This document shows, in pieces, positions 12,638-25,684 of a stretch of DNA of 64,000 bases. The notes under the pieces are model-generated. The model had not been told where the DNA came from. It worked only from the letters and a program-made list of their open reading frames with translations, and did no database searches. Numbering within the stretch: position 1 is the stretch's first letter; each line of letters begins with the position of its first letter. The stretch lies in NCBI GenBank assembly GCA_002269645.1, contig NIVC01003605.1, positions 1-64,000 on the forward strand, in the 5' to 3' direction. Position numbers and translations under genes: made by a program. The DNA is from Macrostomum lignano. Its lineage: Eukaryota.

Positions 12638-13147
12638 ACAAAATTGCGTGCTCACAAAATTTGACTTCAGATGAGCAACGAGGCAGTTTAAAAAATCTCC
12701 CCGATAGCCAAAAGTCATTCCATCGGAGCGGCGGGTTGGAAGGAACTGAAACTGGGCTGAGGCAAAAGCATGAGAAATAAGAGCTTGTGCCGAGCAAACT
12801 TAGTTAAAGATTAATCTGCTAACAGAGAAAGCCCATTAGCGAGGGGCAAAGCAAAAGTAACTCTCAGGAGAAGGAAATCTGCCTGTTTTCTCTCTCCGCT
12901 ATCGCCCGCTGTCTGCTCACTTTGATCTTTGCTAATGAGTCGGAAAAGAAATTGAATGTAGGAGGCCAGTCTGCAGCGGTCTGCATGGGTAGGCAGCAGG
13001 TGCAGCCTTTTGAGTAGCCTGGCCCTCTTTTATGAGGGTTTGTTTTTCAGGTTGAGCCAAATTTTGAAGACTAACTTTGTGTGCGTGATGTACACAATAT
13101 ATGCTTACAACTGTAGAATCTTTGTACTTCTTTTAGCGAGGCCTACT

Positions 13148-13548
13148 CAGGGGCGTCGCCATGGATTTTATGGTGGGAGGGACAAAGCCAATAATTATAC
13201 ATGTACATGTACACGACTCAATTCTTACGTGTAACATTATTTCAGAATCGGTGTTGTCAGCACTCATTTTAGCGCCGCAGGCACTCATTTTAGCGCCGCA
13301 GGCACTCATTTTAGCGCCGCAGGCACTCATTCTAGCGCCGCAGGCACTCATTTTAGCGCTGCAGGCACTCATTTTAGCGCCGCAGGCACTCATTTTAGCG
13401 CCGCAGGCACTCATTCTAGCGCCGCAGGCACTACGTATGGTCGCCCTGCAGCAAAATTATTGATTTCCATAATGGGTTACAAGATGAGGTGGGGGGACGA
13501 CAAAGCATTGGCATCTCCCCCCTGTCCCCCCCGGGAGCGACGCCGCTG
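13148..13548 (+). mobile_element. MITE-like family copy 2 (full length, about 8 x 21-bp units)
   Basis: TIR CAGGGGCGTCGC / GCGACGCCGCTG (11 of 12 match); no clear target-site duplication. Confidence 0.7.
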
Positions 13549-14714
13549 GCTACAGCTATTATGACAACGGATCACTTAAAACTTGCAAATCGTGAAACTA
13601 TAGATTTAAAAAAAATGCGAAGAGGTCAAGTTTTGGCTTGCTGGACTTTTACCGCTCAGCCGCCCAGCTGCATTCGAGATTCTTAGGGATTCAGTACTGA
13701 AAACTTCCAATTTCCTGATGTACTGTGCTGCACATTTCGCGAGTCAGTCAACTCATCACAATCAGCTCAATTAAGTTCATCATCATCCTAGCCGTGGGTC
13801 TCGATTTTCGCTAAGCAGTTAAAAAATTGGCGGAAAGACATCCCGCTAGACGGGATGAAGAAGACAAGCGCTTGGGGAGCGGGGACGGGGCCTGCAGATC
13901 AATCTATCATGCTGGCGCAGTGCAGACCGAATGGCCACCCCCCGCTGTCACGCCAGATCCCCTGCTTTTCCTTGCCCCTCCTCCCCCAGACCGCAGCATT
14001 GCTATGCCAGCCTCCAACTCGCTAACTGGTCCGGCGGGCCGTTAAACTGCTCCTCAGCCTCATCCTAGAGTTCTCATTCCTCATCTTGCTCCGCAGTGTC
14101 TGTCTGTCTCCCCAGTTTCTGGCCTCGGTTGGAGATCGGGGGCGCATGCGAGCGGATGGGATATCTCAATTCATGCCTGTGCCGGTTGGATAGCGGGCTG
14201 CCCAGCTGGCTGCTGAGATCCCGTTCTAACCCCCATCCCCCCTTCTTCTTGCCCGTCTCCCCTCTTTGCTTCTGCAGAAGCAGCAGCAATAGCAAGCTGC
14301 TTTCTACTAGCAGCCTGCATTCAGTTTAAACCGCGCGAGCCGGGGCGAAGAATGAGAGAGTGAATTTCTGCTCTCCGCGGGGTGAAGGCGAGAGAGAAAG
14401 CCGTTGTGTTCTCATCGCAGCGGGGAGAGCTGAGCTGCTAGGGGGTGCAGCGGAAGTCGTCACGGGAGGCGGGTGGCCGGGGGAGCAGAGATCAGCGCCT
14501 AGCTAGCAGCCCCCCCCCCCCAAGCCTCGGTTTGAATCGCAAAAAGAGAGCTGCCAGCGTGCCAGACAGAGGCGCAGGAGAGACAGCAGAGCCAGCCAGA
14601 AAACAGAAGATTCTAGAGTGGAAAAAAGTTCTCCCGCATGGCCTTCGGGAGCGGCTCTGAGCTTCCAGCGCCAACCAGCTCAGAAGCGGAACAGAGGGGA
14701 GCTCGTTCTCCACA

Positions 14715-14717
<3 letters not shown>

Positions 14718-14762
<45 letters not shown>
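14718..14762. repeat. (CT)n
   Basis: Read directly. Confidence 0.96.
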
Positions 14763-14765
<3 letters not shown>

Positions 14766-15445
14766 CATCAGCTCAGATCTCATCTGGCAATTCAGCCGGT
14801 GCCTTGGCGTGCACTTTTACCGCCGCTCCGCTCTCCTCTCTCACCCCCCCGGGCTGGCTGGTGCACTTTTGTTATAACAAAAGTGTCCGAGCATTCTTCC
14901 TCTCTCACCCCTGCGAGACTCAACCAGCCCTCTTCCCCGTGCAGGCCCTGCTCACAGCTCACAATCAGCGCCTCCCTTGTCTCAACCAATCCTTGGCTTG
15001 AAACTCCAAACCGAGTTCGCGTGCAACGGTTCTTCTTTCAAATTTTGCCTCACAGCTTCGAGCTGAGATGGAAAGAGAGGATGATATTTTTGCTGCTTCC
15101 GATTCTCGTCAATCCGGGCCATCCGGTTATGATTTATTGAAACCTGAGCAGGGATCGGGAAGGGGGCGCAGCCGGAGAGCCGGCCACGCCAGCGGAAGAG
15201 GAAATGGGCGATGATCAAAGGAATCTGGGAATTGATGGGGCGGAGATGCGGGCTCTGATTAGGCTGAGACTCGAGCTGAGCTCAGAAATCATCCGAGCCG
15301 CTGCCCGCCCCCGCTCGTCGGCTTCAGGCGCCTGTCCTCAAGGAATCAAAAAATTGTCACTCTGGATGAGAAAGATGAAATTCTTTTGTAGCCTGATCTC
15401 AACTGCTGCACTGAGACTCTCCGCCACCTCCCCTGTCCTCTGCAG

Positions 15446-15552
15446 CACTGCTTCAGCATTTTCTATAAGAAAGACGGCCAGAGGCACTACGACCTGCGGG
15501 CCGAGTCTGAGGCCGAGTGCAACACCTGGGTGGAGGCCATCAGAAATGCCAG
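15446..15552 (+). CDS. RASGRF: RasGRF exon 2 (end of PH1)
   Basis: ctgcag|[35 protein letters not shown]|gtaggc; phase 0-2. Confidence 0.92.
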
Positions 15553-15564
15553 GTAGGCCTTCAG

Positions 15565-16236
<672 letters not shown>

Positions 16237-16410
16237 TACTTTCGATGTTTTCAAACTGTGTTTCAGGCAATTTCCAATTTTAATTGCTTAAAATGGCTGC
16301 CCTTGTGCTGTCTCAAATCCCACAAGGATTAGCAATCCTCAATTGCTTAGCCTCACAGCATCAAACCCAGCGTCAGTCCCATCTCACAGCTGGACTGTCT
16401 CGAATTTCAG

Positions 16411-16558
16411 CTACAGCCGGCTGGCTGAGCAGCATGAGCAGCTGGAGCAGAAGCACCTGCACCTGCTGCAGATCATGGAGTCCGAGCGGCAGTCCAAGTG
16501 GAACTACGTCAAACAGGCCGAGGACATGAGCAACCAGCTCAGGCGGCTGCGGCTCGAG
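16411..16558 (+). CDS. RASGRF: RasGRF exon 3 (coiled coil)
   Basis: tttcag|YSRLAEQHEQLEQKHLHLLQIMESE...LRLE|gtgaga; phase 2-0. Confidence 0.92.
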
Positions 16559-16679
16559 GTGAGAGAGGTGAGTAGACTGCTGAGATCTGCTGCTTTTGCT
16601 TGTCATGCTGCCCGCTGCGTTTGGGCTGCAACTGAATGCGAATCTCCCTCCTACATGTATGTGTCTCCTTCTTCGCCCC

Positions 16680-16876
16680 TGTCCCAGTGTCTCCCTCTCA
16701 GCCCCTCTCCCCCTGTGTCTCCCTCTCAGCCCCTCTCCCCCTGTGTCTCCCTCTCAGCCCCTCTCCCTCTGTGTCTCCCTCTCAGCCCCTCTCCCCTCTG
16801 TCTCCCTCTCAGCCCCTCTCCCCACTGTGTCCCCCACTCAGCCCCTCCCCCCTGTGTCCCCCTCTCAGCCCCTCTC
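16680..16876. repeat. About 29-bp pyrimidine-rich minisatellite
   Basis: GTGTCTCCCTCTCAGCCCCTCTCCCCCT. Confidence 0.93.
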
Positions 16877-17194
16877 CGTAAAGAGAGGCAAGAATTTGCA
16901 AATAATTTGTTAGCTTTGTCAATTATTTTCAGAGCACTTTGCCCCCGACATGGAATCCAACCCAGCGGTTGCATGAATTGTCATTTTGTTGTCAATAATT
17001 GAATTTCAGTAATATGCAGCTGTAATTATTGTCAAAAATTAGTCAGTACAAAAGTTCTTCGTCTTCGTTTGGATTGTATCGCAACAGATTCACTGTGTTG
17101 TTGAATTTGTTGTCTTCATTAATGATGGTTTAATTTGCTTTTAGAATTCAAAGTATTGACAGATAGGCTGATATATAGATCGATAGGCATTTAT

Positions 17195-17400
<206 letters not shown>

Positions 17401-17957
17401 CCCTATTCATTGATTTATTGACTAATTGATTTATCAATTTATTTGTTGAATTTTTGATAGATTAATTATTGTTTCATCGAATAAATGAATGCTTGTTTGA
17501 TCGATGGAGCCATAATCAATCAATAACAATAACCTTAATTCAAATATTAATACCTTAATTAAATATAGTAATCAATAACCTTAATTAAACTAAACTCAAT
17601 GATTGAATAATCATTAGCAAACTGATTGACGATGAATTGTTGACGAATTTATCAAAATATCATTATTTGTTATTTATATTTACTACGATTTGATATACTG
17701 ACGTGACGGGGATAGAGAGTCAATAAAAATGTGAGGCAGCGGCCCAGTTGTTAAGAATAAATTCATTACCTGCTGGTCTCAGTCTCAAGTTGAGCACGAT
17801 GAGCACACTAGTCGATGTTTCATGGCTTGTTCCACTCAGAAACTCCCGTTCCGTTATGCAAATGCTGTGGTTATGGTGCAGTCACTTGTTTGTTTTTCTG
17901 ATGGTTCACAGCAATTGTCACTAGAGTACGAGTATATGGTTGAAATGTCTTCAATTT

Positions 17958-18885
17958 TTATTCAGATTTCAGATTTCAGATTTCAGATTTCAGATTTCAG
18001 ATTTCAGATTTCAGATTTCAGAATTTTGATTTCTGATTTTTGATTTCAGATTATAGCTTTCTGATTTCAGATTTCAGATTTCAGATTTCAGAATTTTGAT
18101 TTCTGATTTTTGATTTCAGATTATAGCTTTCTGATTTCAGATTTCAGATTTCAGATTTCAGAATTTTGATTTCTGATTTTTGATTTCAGATTATAGCTTT
18201 CTGATTTCAGATTTCAGATTTCAGATTTCAGAATTTTGATTTCTGATTTTTGATTTCAGATTATAGCTTTCTGATTTCAGATTTCAGATTTCAGATTTCA
18301 GAATTTTGATTTCTGATTTTTGATTTCAGATTATAGCTTTCTGATTTCAGATTTCAGATTTCAGATTTCAGATTTCAGATTTCAGATTTCAGATTTCAGA
18401 TTTCAGATTTCTGATTTCAGATTTCAGATTTCAGAGTTCAGATTTCAGATTTCAGATTTCTGATTTCTGATTTCAGATTTCAGATTTCAGATTTCAGAAT
18501 TTTGATTTCTGATTTTTGATTTCAGATTATAGCTTTCTGATTTCAGATTTCAGATTTCAGATTTCAGAATTTTGATTTCTGATTTTTGATTTCAGATTAT
18601 AGCTTTCTGATTTCAGATTTCAGATTTCAGATTTCAGAATTTTGATTTCTGATTTTTGATTTCAGATTATAGCTTTCTGATTTCAGATTTCAGATTTCAG
18701 ATTTCTGATTTCAGATTTCTGATTTCAGATTTCAGATTTCAGATTTCAGATTTCAGATTTCAGATTTCAGATTTTAGATTTCAGATTTCAGATTTCAGAT
18801 TTCAGATTTCAGTTTTCAGATTTCAGATTTCAAAGTTCAGATTTCAGATTTCAGCTTTCTGATTTCTGATTTCTGATTTCTGATT
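17958..18885. repeat. (ATTTCAG)n array with higher-order repeat
   Basis: 7-mer units plus a recurring AATTTTGATTTCTGATTTTTGATTTCAGATTATAGCTTTCTG block. Confidence 0.97.
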
Positions 18886-18912
18886 GCTTTCACCCGCGCT
18901 TTCCAATTCCAG

Positions 18913-18990
18913 CTGAAGGAGCTGCGCAAGGAGCAGACTTCTGGAAAGGAGCCAACAGAAGAGACGGAAGAGTTGAAGAAAATAAAAAAG
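18913..18990 (+). CDS. RASGRF: RasGRF exon 4
   Basis: ttccag|LKELRKEQTSGKEPTEETEELKKIKK|gtaaaa; leads into the IQ motif. Confidence 0.88.
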
Positions 18991-19374
18991 GTAAAATTCG
19001 CTCGGTGCTTGATGGAAAAATGTTCTTCCTTGTGTCTTATTTTTGTATTCCGTTTCGGAACTTATGAACTACAAATTAGCTTAGCGATCTAACTGAATGC
19101 ATTCTTACCCTCACCAACGCTGTTTGCACCGACTGACCTCACCCCCCAGAAACCAGTAGTTCTCCCTTGTTGCCGTCTCTGACGCTCAACTGTCTGAACT
19201 GTCTTTTTTAAATCCTTCTTTTGCATCGTTACTTACTAACGCGCCGCTGTGTTGCATTGCTGACCAACTTTGCTGCCAGACATTGCACCAAATCTATTAT
19301 AGAGCAATGACCCCAAATTTATTACCTTATGACCCGAATATGTTACCTATTTACCTGATTGACCTTACAACTCC

Positions 19375-19760
19375 ATTGACCCAATGACCCGATTGACCCA
19401 ACGACCCGATTGACTCAAGGACAGGATTGACCTAATGACAGGATTGACCTAATGACAGGATTGACCTAATGACAGGATTGACCCAATGACAGGATTGACC
19501 CAATGACAGGATTGACCTAATGACCTGATTGACCCAACGACCCGATTGACTCAAGGACAGGATTGACCTAATGACAGGATTGACCTAATGACAGGATTGA
19601 CCCAATGACACAATTGACCCAATGACAGGATTGACCTAATGACAGGATTGACCTAATGACGGAATTGACCCAATGACAGGATTGACCCAATGACCTGATT
19701 TACCCAATGACCTGATTTACCCAATGACCTGATTGACCCAATGACACAATTGACCCGGTG
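19375..19760. repeat. 17-bp minisatellite
   Basis: GGATTGACC(C/T)AATGACA. Confidence 0.94.
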
Positions 19761-20521
19761 ACCCGAATGTCCCCATTCTACAGTTTCGCTGACTTTGCAA
19801 ATAAGCCAGAAGTTACTCAAGAATATGTTGAGAAAATATTCAATAGTCACTGCTAGTTGAGATCCCCATTGAGTTTCGGTTACGGCACAGTGATGTAACC
19901 CATACATGCTTGATCAACCCCTAAGACTTAAGCAGTGCGCACCCTTCAACTGAACCCTTTAACATGCTGCAATAAATATATGCCTTATTCATTTATTCAT
20001 TTTGTTTTCAGGTCAGATGCTCAATTCCCTGAATTTAAGTACATTTGCACCTATAAATAATGAGTGCAAAGCCAGTTTGTTTAGCATGGCAGCTGGGCGG
20101 TAGCAGCCGCTACAGACAGCCCAGTTTGGCTACCTGTCTATCAATACGAGTTACTTTTTCTCTGATCGGGTGTGTGCGCTTCCTCAACCCTGTCTAGCCG
20201 TATTTGACACCCCAGTTCATTGCTTGCCAGCGCCAATAGCAGCGCACTCTGCATTTTAGGTTGGCGTTGAATTAATTGGTTTTGTGGGCCGAAGCGCCAC
20301 AGTGACTGTGCGCCAATAGCCGTGGCATTTTAACTTTCCTGCTTGATTATTATCATTTTTTCACTCTGTACTTTCTTCCTTGTGATTCTTAATTTTCTTC
20401 TGCTAGACTGGCTATCTGTGCACTGAAACTTTTCTCGCCATGGCTTCGTTAGCTGCTTGTTTTGGGGCGCAGTTTTTGTGCCGAATTGTACAGTGAAGCT
20501 CAATGGTTATTGCCAGCTGGC

Positions 20522-20898
20522 TACCGTCTTGAATGTACATCTCGTGGCAGAGATTCAGCCTGGGTTAGAGGGGAGAGAGAGAAAGCGCTACTGTCTTGAA
20601 TGTACATCTCGGGGCAGAGATTCAGCCTGGGTTAGAGGGGAGAGAGAGAAAGCGCTACTGTCTTGAATGTACATCTCGGGGCAGAGATTCAGCCTGGGTT
20701 AGAGGGGAGAGAGAGAAAGCGCTACTGTCTTGAATGTACATCTCGGGGCAGAGATTCAGCCTGGGTTAGAGGGGAGAGAGAGAAAGCGCTACTGTCTTGA
20801 ATGTACATCTCGGGGCAGAGATTCAGCCTGGGTTAGAGGGGAGAGAGAGAAAGCGCTACTGTCTTGAATGTACATCTCGGGGCAGAGATTCAGCCTTT
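20522..20898. repeat. 67-bp minisatellite, about 5.5 copies
   Basis: CTACTGTCTTGAATGTACATCTCGGGGCAGAGATTCAGCCTGGGTTAGAGGGGAGAGAGAGAAAGCG. Confidence 0.96.
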
Positions 20899-22314
20899 AG
20901 CAGAGGAGAGAAAAAGAAATATTCAACCAAATAGAGAAAATTGTAGTTAAAAAGGAGATTTAATTTTTTAGAGTAACAGGACGAAAATATCGGAAAGATA
21001 GGGATGTGAAAGATCGGATTTGCAGATCGACCTTTCCCCCCCTTCGCCGGAACCAACCCGGATAAAAGCGTACTTGTCTTTTTTTACTCATCATTCGAGT
21101 ATTTTTCTATGCTAATGGTGACGAGCAGGGGCTGATGCCGTGATCCGGGCGATAACGGGCAGGTGGGGGCGACTGTGAGAACAGGGAGGCGAAAAACTGA
21201 TGAGCAAATCTGCTCTGAGCGCGGATTTAATTATTCCCAAGCGAGGCAAAGCCCGCCTTGGTTTCTTTCTCAGCCCTAATTTGAGATTCCTCTGCTCAGC
21301 TACCTGTCCCGGGTGTTTCACCTTAATCCGCGCGCGGAACTAATTGTAGAAAAATGAGCGAGGGCCGGCTTTGACAGAGGAGTGAGGGAAGTGGCGGTGC
21401 TGATGTCTCAAGCCGGCAGCTTGAGCAGCTGCTCAAGATGGGAGAGGATTGAGCTGTCAAACTGTCCGAAAATCCCCGCCTCCCCAGCAACACTGGCGGG
21501 TCCCAGTGGCTGAGGAAATTGCGTCCGTAGTTTTCTGCTTTTGCGTCACCTCTGTGCGACTGCATGGCTGCATGCTGCCAGAGATTGCGCGGAGCAGTGG
21601 GGTCGAGAACGGCCTGCCGATTAACGAGTGCCGAATGCATTGCGTCAGCGACATGGGCAGAGGGTAATAACCCCAGGTGTGGGTAGTGCGAGAGTCTGCC
21701 AGGCTGCCCTGCTCCGAGATGTTGCCAAATACATCTCAAGCAAATCGTTCAGAAAGAAAATAGTTTGGGAGGGATAAGTTCAAGTTAAGAGGGCTTTAAG
21801 TTTGATTGTAGTAGCCTAATTCCATGCCAGATATTGACTTATTTTCTATAAGGAGTCCTTGTCTGTAATCCTTGGCCGAGTCGCTTTGTCCGCCAGCACG
21901 TAAACAGCAGCCGTTAAAATTATAGTTTTTTTACAAAATGCAGTTTTTAGTGCTTAGGTGCACATTTATGAGTTTCGATTGCAGCTGGTCTTGCACTGGT
22001 TTTGCCTAAGTGTATTTGATATACTGTGTATATAGCATTGCATTGTGTTCGTTACCTGCATTCATCTAATTGATTTCAGTATGAGGCTTGTTGTCCAACA
22101 CTAAGTTTATTGATACCGCAACAACACTTCTAGCCGTTTAATCCAGATGTGCTCCAACACTAAGTTTATTGATACTCTAGCCGTTTAATCCAGATGTGCT
22201 GGGAATGTAATTCATAGTTTGTGTGCTCGTATTGCGTCACCCCGGCCTTTTGACTCAATTAGGAAAGATATTTTAGCTGGGTTGATCGATTAAATTCATT
22301 GATTCGTATAGACT

Positions 22315-22368
22315 ATTTGACTGATTGATTAATTGATCGATTGTTTTATTGCTTGCTTGAGCGATTGG

Positions 22369-22401
<33 letters not shown>

Positions 22402-22432
22402 CGATTGTTTTATTGCTTGCTTGAGCGATTGG

Positions 22433-22465
<33 letters not shown>

Positions 22466-22496
22466 CGATTGTTTTATTGCTTGCTTGAGCGATTGG

Positions 22497-22529
<33 letters not shown>

Positions 22530-22560
22530 CGATTGTTTTATTGCTTGCTTGAGCGATTGG

Positions 22561-22593
<33 letters not shown>

Positions 22594-22624
22594 CGATTGT
22601 TTTATTGCTTGCTTGAGCGATTGG

Positions 22625-22657
<33 letters not shown>

Positions 22658-22688
22658 CGATTGTTTTATTGCTTGCTTGAGCGATTGG

Positions 22689-22721
<33 letters not shown>

Positions 22722-22752
22722 CGATTGTTTTATTGCTTGCTTGAGCGATTGG

Positions 22753-22785
<33 letters not shown>

Positions 22786-22816
22786 CGATTGTTTTATTGC
22801 TTGCTTGAGCGATTGG

Positions 22817-22849
<33 letters not shown>

Positions 22850-22880
22850 CGATTGTTTTATTGCTTGCTTGAGCGATTGG

Positions 22881-22960
<80 letters not shown>
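22315..22960. repeat. 64-bp higher-order repeat built on (GATT)n
   Basis: GATCGATTGTTTTATTGCTTGCTTGAGCGATTGGTT plus GATT units, about 9 copies. Confidence 0.95.
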
Positions 22961-23163
22961 CTGTTATTCAGCTGATTATTTAGCCCAGAAAAAAAGCTTT
23001 CAACAGTGAGTACTAAGGGCAGAAAATCAAGTAAAACAGATCATTCGAATTTTTGATAATGTACAGTACAGTACCTGTTATTGACACCTGTCTAAATGGC
23101 CCAGTTTAGCCACTGGGCCAGCATCCAGAGCTGCTGTATTCTGTTAAAGTGCAGATTTCACAG

Positions 23164-23417
23164 GTGCAATCGTTTTTCCGCGGCTGGCTGTGCCGACGCC
23201 GGTGGAAGCAGATTGTGGAGGAGTACATCCGCTCCGAGCACGCCGAGCACATGCGAAAGCGGAACGGCATCGTGTTCGGGCTGGTGGAGTGCGAGGAGGA
23301 GTACGTGCAGCAGATCAGCGTCCTGGTGTCCTGCTTCCTGCGGCCCTGCCGGATGGCCGCCTCCGCCAAGAAGCCCATCATCACCCACGAGGATGTGAAC
23401 TCCGTATTTCTCAACGC
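23164..23417 (+). CDS. RASGRF: RasGRF exon 5 (IQ motif, start of DH)
   Basis: [14 protein letters not shown]...EEYVQQ...[27 protein letters not shown]; donor gtgagt. Confidence 0.95.
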
Positions 23418-23439
23418 GTGAGTCGCTTGGGGTGAAATC

Positions 23440-23760
23440 TGCAGGGTGTGGATTCTGGAGCTGGGATGTGGATTCTGATTGGCTGGGATGTGGATTCTGA
23501 TTGGCTGGGATGTGGATTCTGATTGGCTGGGATGTGGATTCTGATTGGCTGGGATGTGGATTCTGGGGAACTGAGATGTGGATTCTGGACAACTGAGATT
23601 TGGAGTCTGAGAACTGGGATGTGGAGTCCGGACAAATGAGATGTGGAGTCTGGAAAACTGAGATGTGGATTATGAGGAACTGGGATGTGGATTCTGGGGA
23701 ACTGGGATGAGGATTCTGCGGAACTGGGATGTGGATTATGGGGAATTGGGATGTGGAGAG
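23440..23760. repeat. About 22-bp degenerate minisatellite
   Basis: GCTGGGATGTGGATTCTGATTG. Confidence 0.9.
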
Positions 23761-24409
23761 ATGAGCATCAGGGTCGGTTGCCGGTGAGTACGAGCTCATG
23801 GGCGTAGATATGGGAAAAAGCCGATATCTTTCAATGCCAGTTTCTCTAATTCCCAGCGGTTGCACCCGTGCGTTACCCTCGAGCTGCAGCAAAACCCGGC
23901 GATGAGCCTAGACCGAACAATCACTAAGTGCTTTCTGATCTCTAAGCTGCTGCTCTCCCCGTTCAGGCATGGCCCGCTCCGATGGGTCACCGACTGTGTC
24001 CCCTGCGCCAGCACTCAGTCAGCTGCGCCCTGGGGAGGCTTACTCCTCCGTGAGTGGCAGGGGAGAGTCCATTTCATTTTGAGTAGCTTTGCGAGCTCAA
24101 CCCCAGGCACCCTGGAGGATGGGAAGGGAGTGCAAAATCTCCCCTGGATGAATTATTAGAGCGCGTCCTTGGCAACTGTCCCACCCTCCGGCCCCTGGAC
24201 GCGGCCGGCCCCTGGGGAGGAGAGCCGCGTGGAAAAGTGGAAAATTAACTGCTCTGAGAGACTGTTAAACACGTCAGCTGGTCAAGCTCGATCGGCCTGG
24301 CCTGCGGTTTTACGGAGATCAGTTAGGTTCATTAGTTAACAAGATCTGACGAGAATTTTCTCTCAAAATAAGGTGACAATTGTACTTTTATGACAGCATT
24401 ACAACTGAG

Positions 24410-24670
24410 CAGTTACAAAAAGTACATTACGCCCGGACAAGAGTTTAAAAGTTGAATGCGCCCGGACAGTCACCAAAAGTACATTACACTCGGACAGTCA
24501 CTAAAAGTACATTGCACCCGGACAGTCACCAAAAGTACATTACAACAGGACAGTCACCAAAGATGCAGTCCGCATTAACAGTCACCAAAAGTACCTTGCA
24601 TCTGATTATCACCAAAAGTACATTACGCACAAACAGTCGCTAAAAGTGCATTACATCCGAACTTTCAGCA
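24410..24670. repeat. Degenerate repeat of about 30 bp
   Basis: AAAAGTACATTAC...CGGACAGTCACC. Confidence 0.8.
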
Positions 24671-24824
24671 ATAGTACTTTCCGGTACATGAAAGTTCATT
24701 CGTAAATCTTCATCAGAAAACAATTGAAATTAACTACAAAAAAGCACAGAGCAAACAAAAGTACACTGAATCTGAAGCAGAATCAACAAAAGTACATCTC
24801 CCTCTAAATCGCCCCACACCGCAG

Positions 24825-25208
24825 GGAGACTCTGCTATTCCTGCACCAGATCTTCCTCCAAGGCCTGAACAGCAAGATGGAGAATTGGCCGACCCTGCAG
24901 CTGGGCGACCTGTTCGACATGCTGCTGCCATGCTGTGCATCTACCAGGAGTACGTGCGCAACCACCACTACAGCCTGCAGGTGCTGGCCGAGTACAAGCA
25001 GAAGCCCGAGTTCGCCGCCCTGCTCAAACGCTACGAAGAGAAGCCAGTTTGCGAGGGCCGAAGCCTCGAGACCTTTCTCACCTACCCGATGCACCAGATC
25101 CCGCGGTATATTGTCACCCTGCACGAGCTGCTCGCGCACACCCCACACGACCACGTGGACAGGCAGCAGCTTGAGTTCGCCAAGAGCAAGCTGGAGGATC
25201 TGTCTCAT
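24825..25208 (+). CDS. RASGRF: RasGRF exon 6 (DH domain), with a 1-nt deletion at 24928-24929
   Basis: [10 protein letters not shown]...GDLFDMLLP then [17 protein letters not shown]...[15 protein letters not shown] in another frame; 384 nt where 385 is needed. Confidence 0.93.
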
Positions 25209-25640
25209 GTGAGTAGCCGATGTGTCTCATGTGAGTAGCCGATGTGTCTCATGTGAGTAGCCGATGTGTCTCATGTGAGTAGCCGATGTGTCTCATGTGA
25301 GTAGCCGATGTGTCTCATGTGAGTAGCCGATGTGTCTCATGTGAGTAGCCGATGTGTCTCATGTGAGTAGCCGATGTGTCTCATGTGAGTAGCCGATGTG
25401 TCTCATGTGAGTAGCCGATGTGTCTCATGTGAGTAGCCGATGTGTCTCATGTGAGTAGCCGATGTGTTTCATGTGAGTAGCCGATGTTTCTCATGTGAGT
25501 AGCCGATGTGTCTCATGTGAGTAGCCGATGTGTCTCATGTGAGTAGCCGATGTGTCTCATGTGAGTAGCCGATGTGTCTCATGTGAGTAGCCGATGTGTC
25601 TCATGTGAGCAGCCGATGTGGCTCATGTGAGCAGCCGATT
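25201..25640 (+). repeat. 22-bp tandem repeat of the exon 6 splice donor, 20 copies
   Basis: TGTCTCAT|GTGAGTAGCCGATG; GT at 25209+22n, n=0-19. Confidence 0.97.
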
Positions 25641-25684
25641 TGCCATATGCACATCTATAGACCCCAAATCTTTCGATATCTATA

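Noticed and set aside
25201-25240. Idea that the second tandem donor (+22 nt) compensates for the -1 frameshift in exon 6
   Set aside because: The shifted frame hits TGA at 25210-25212 before the second donor, so no rescue is possible.
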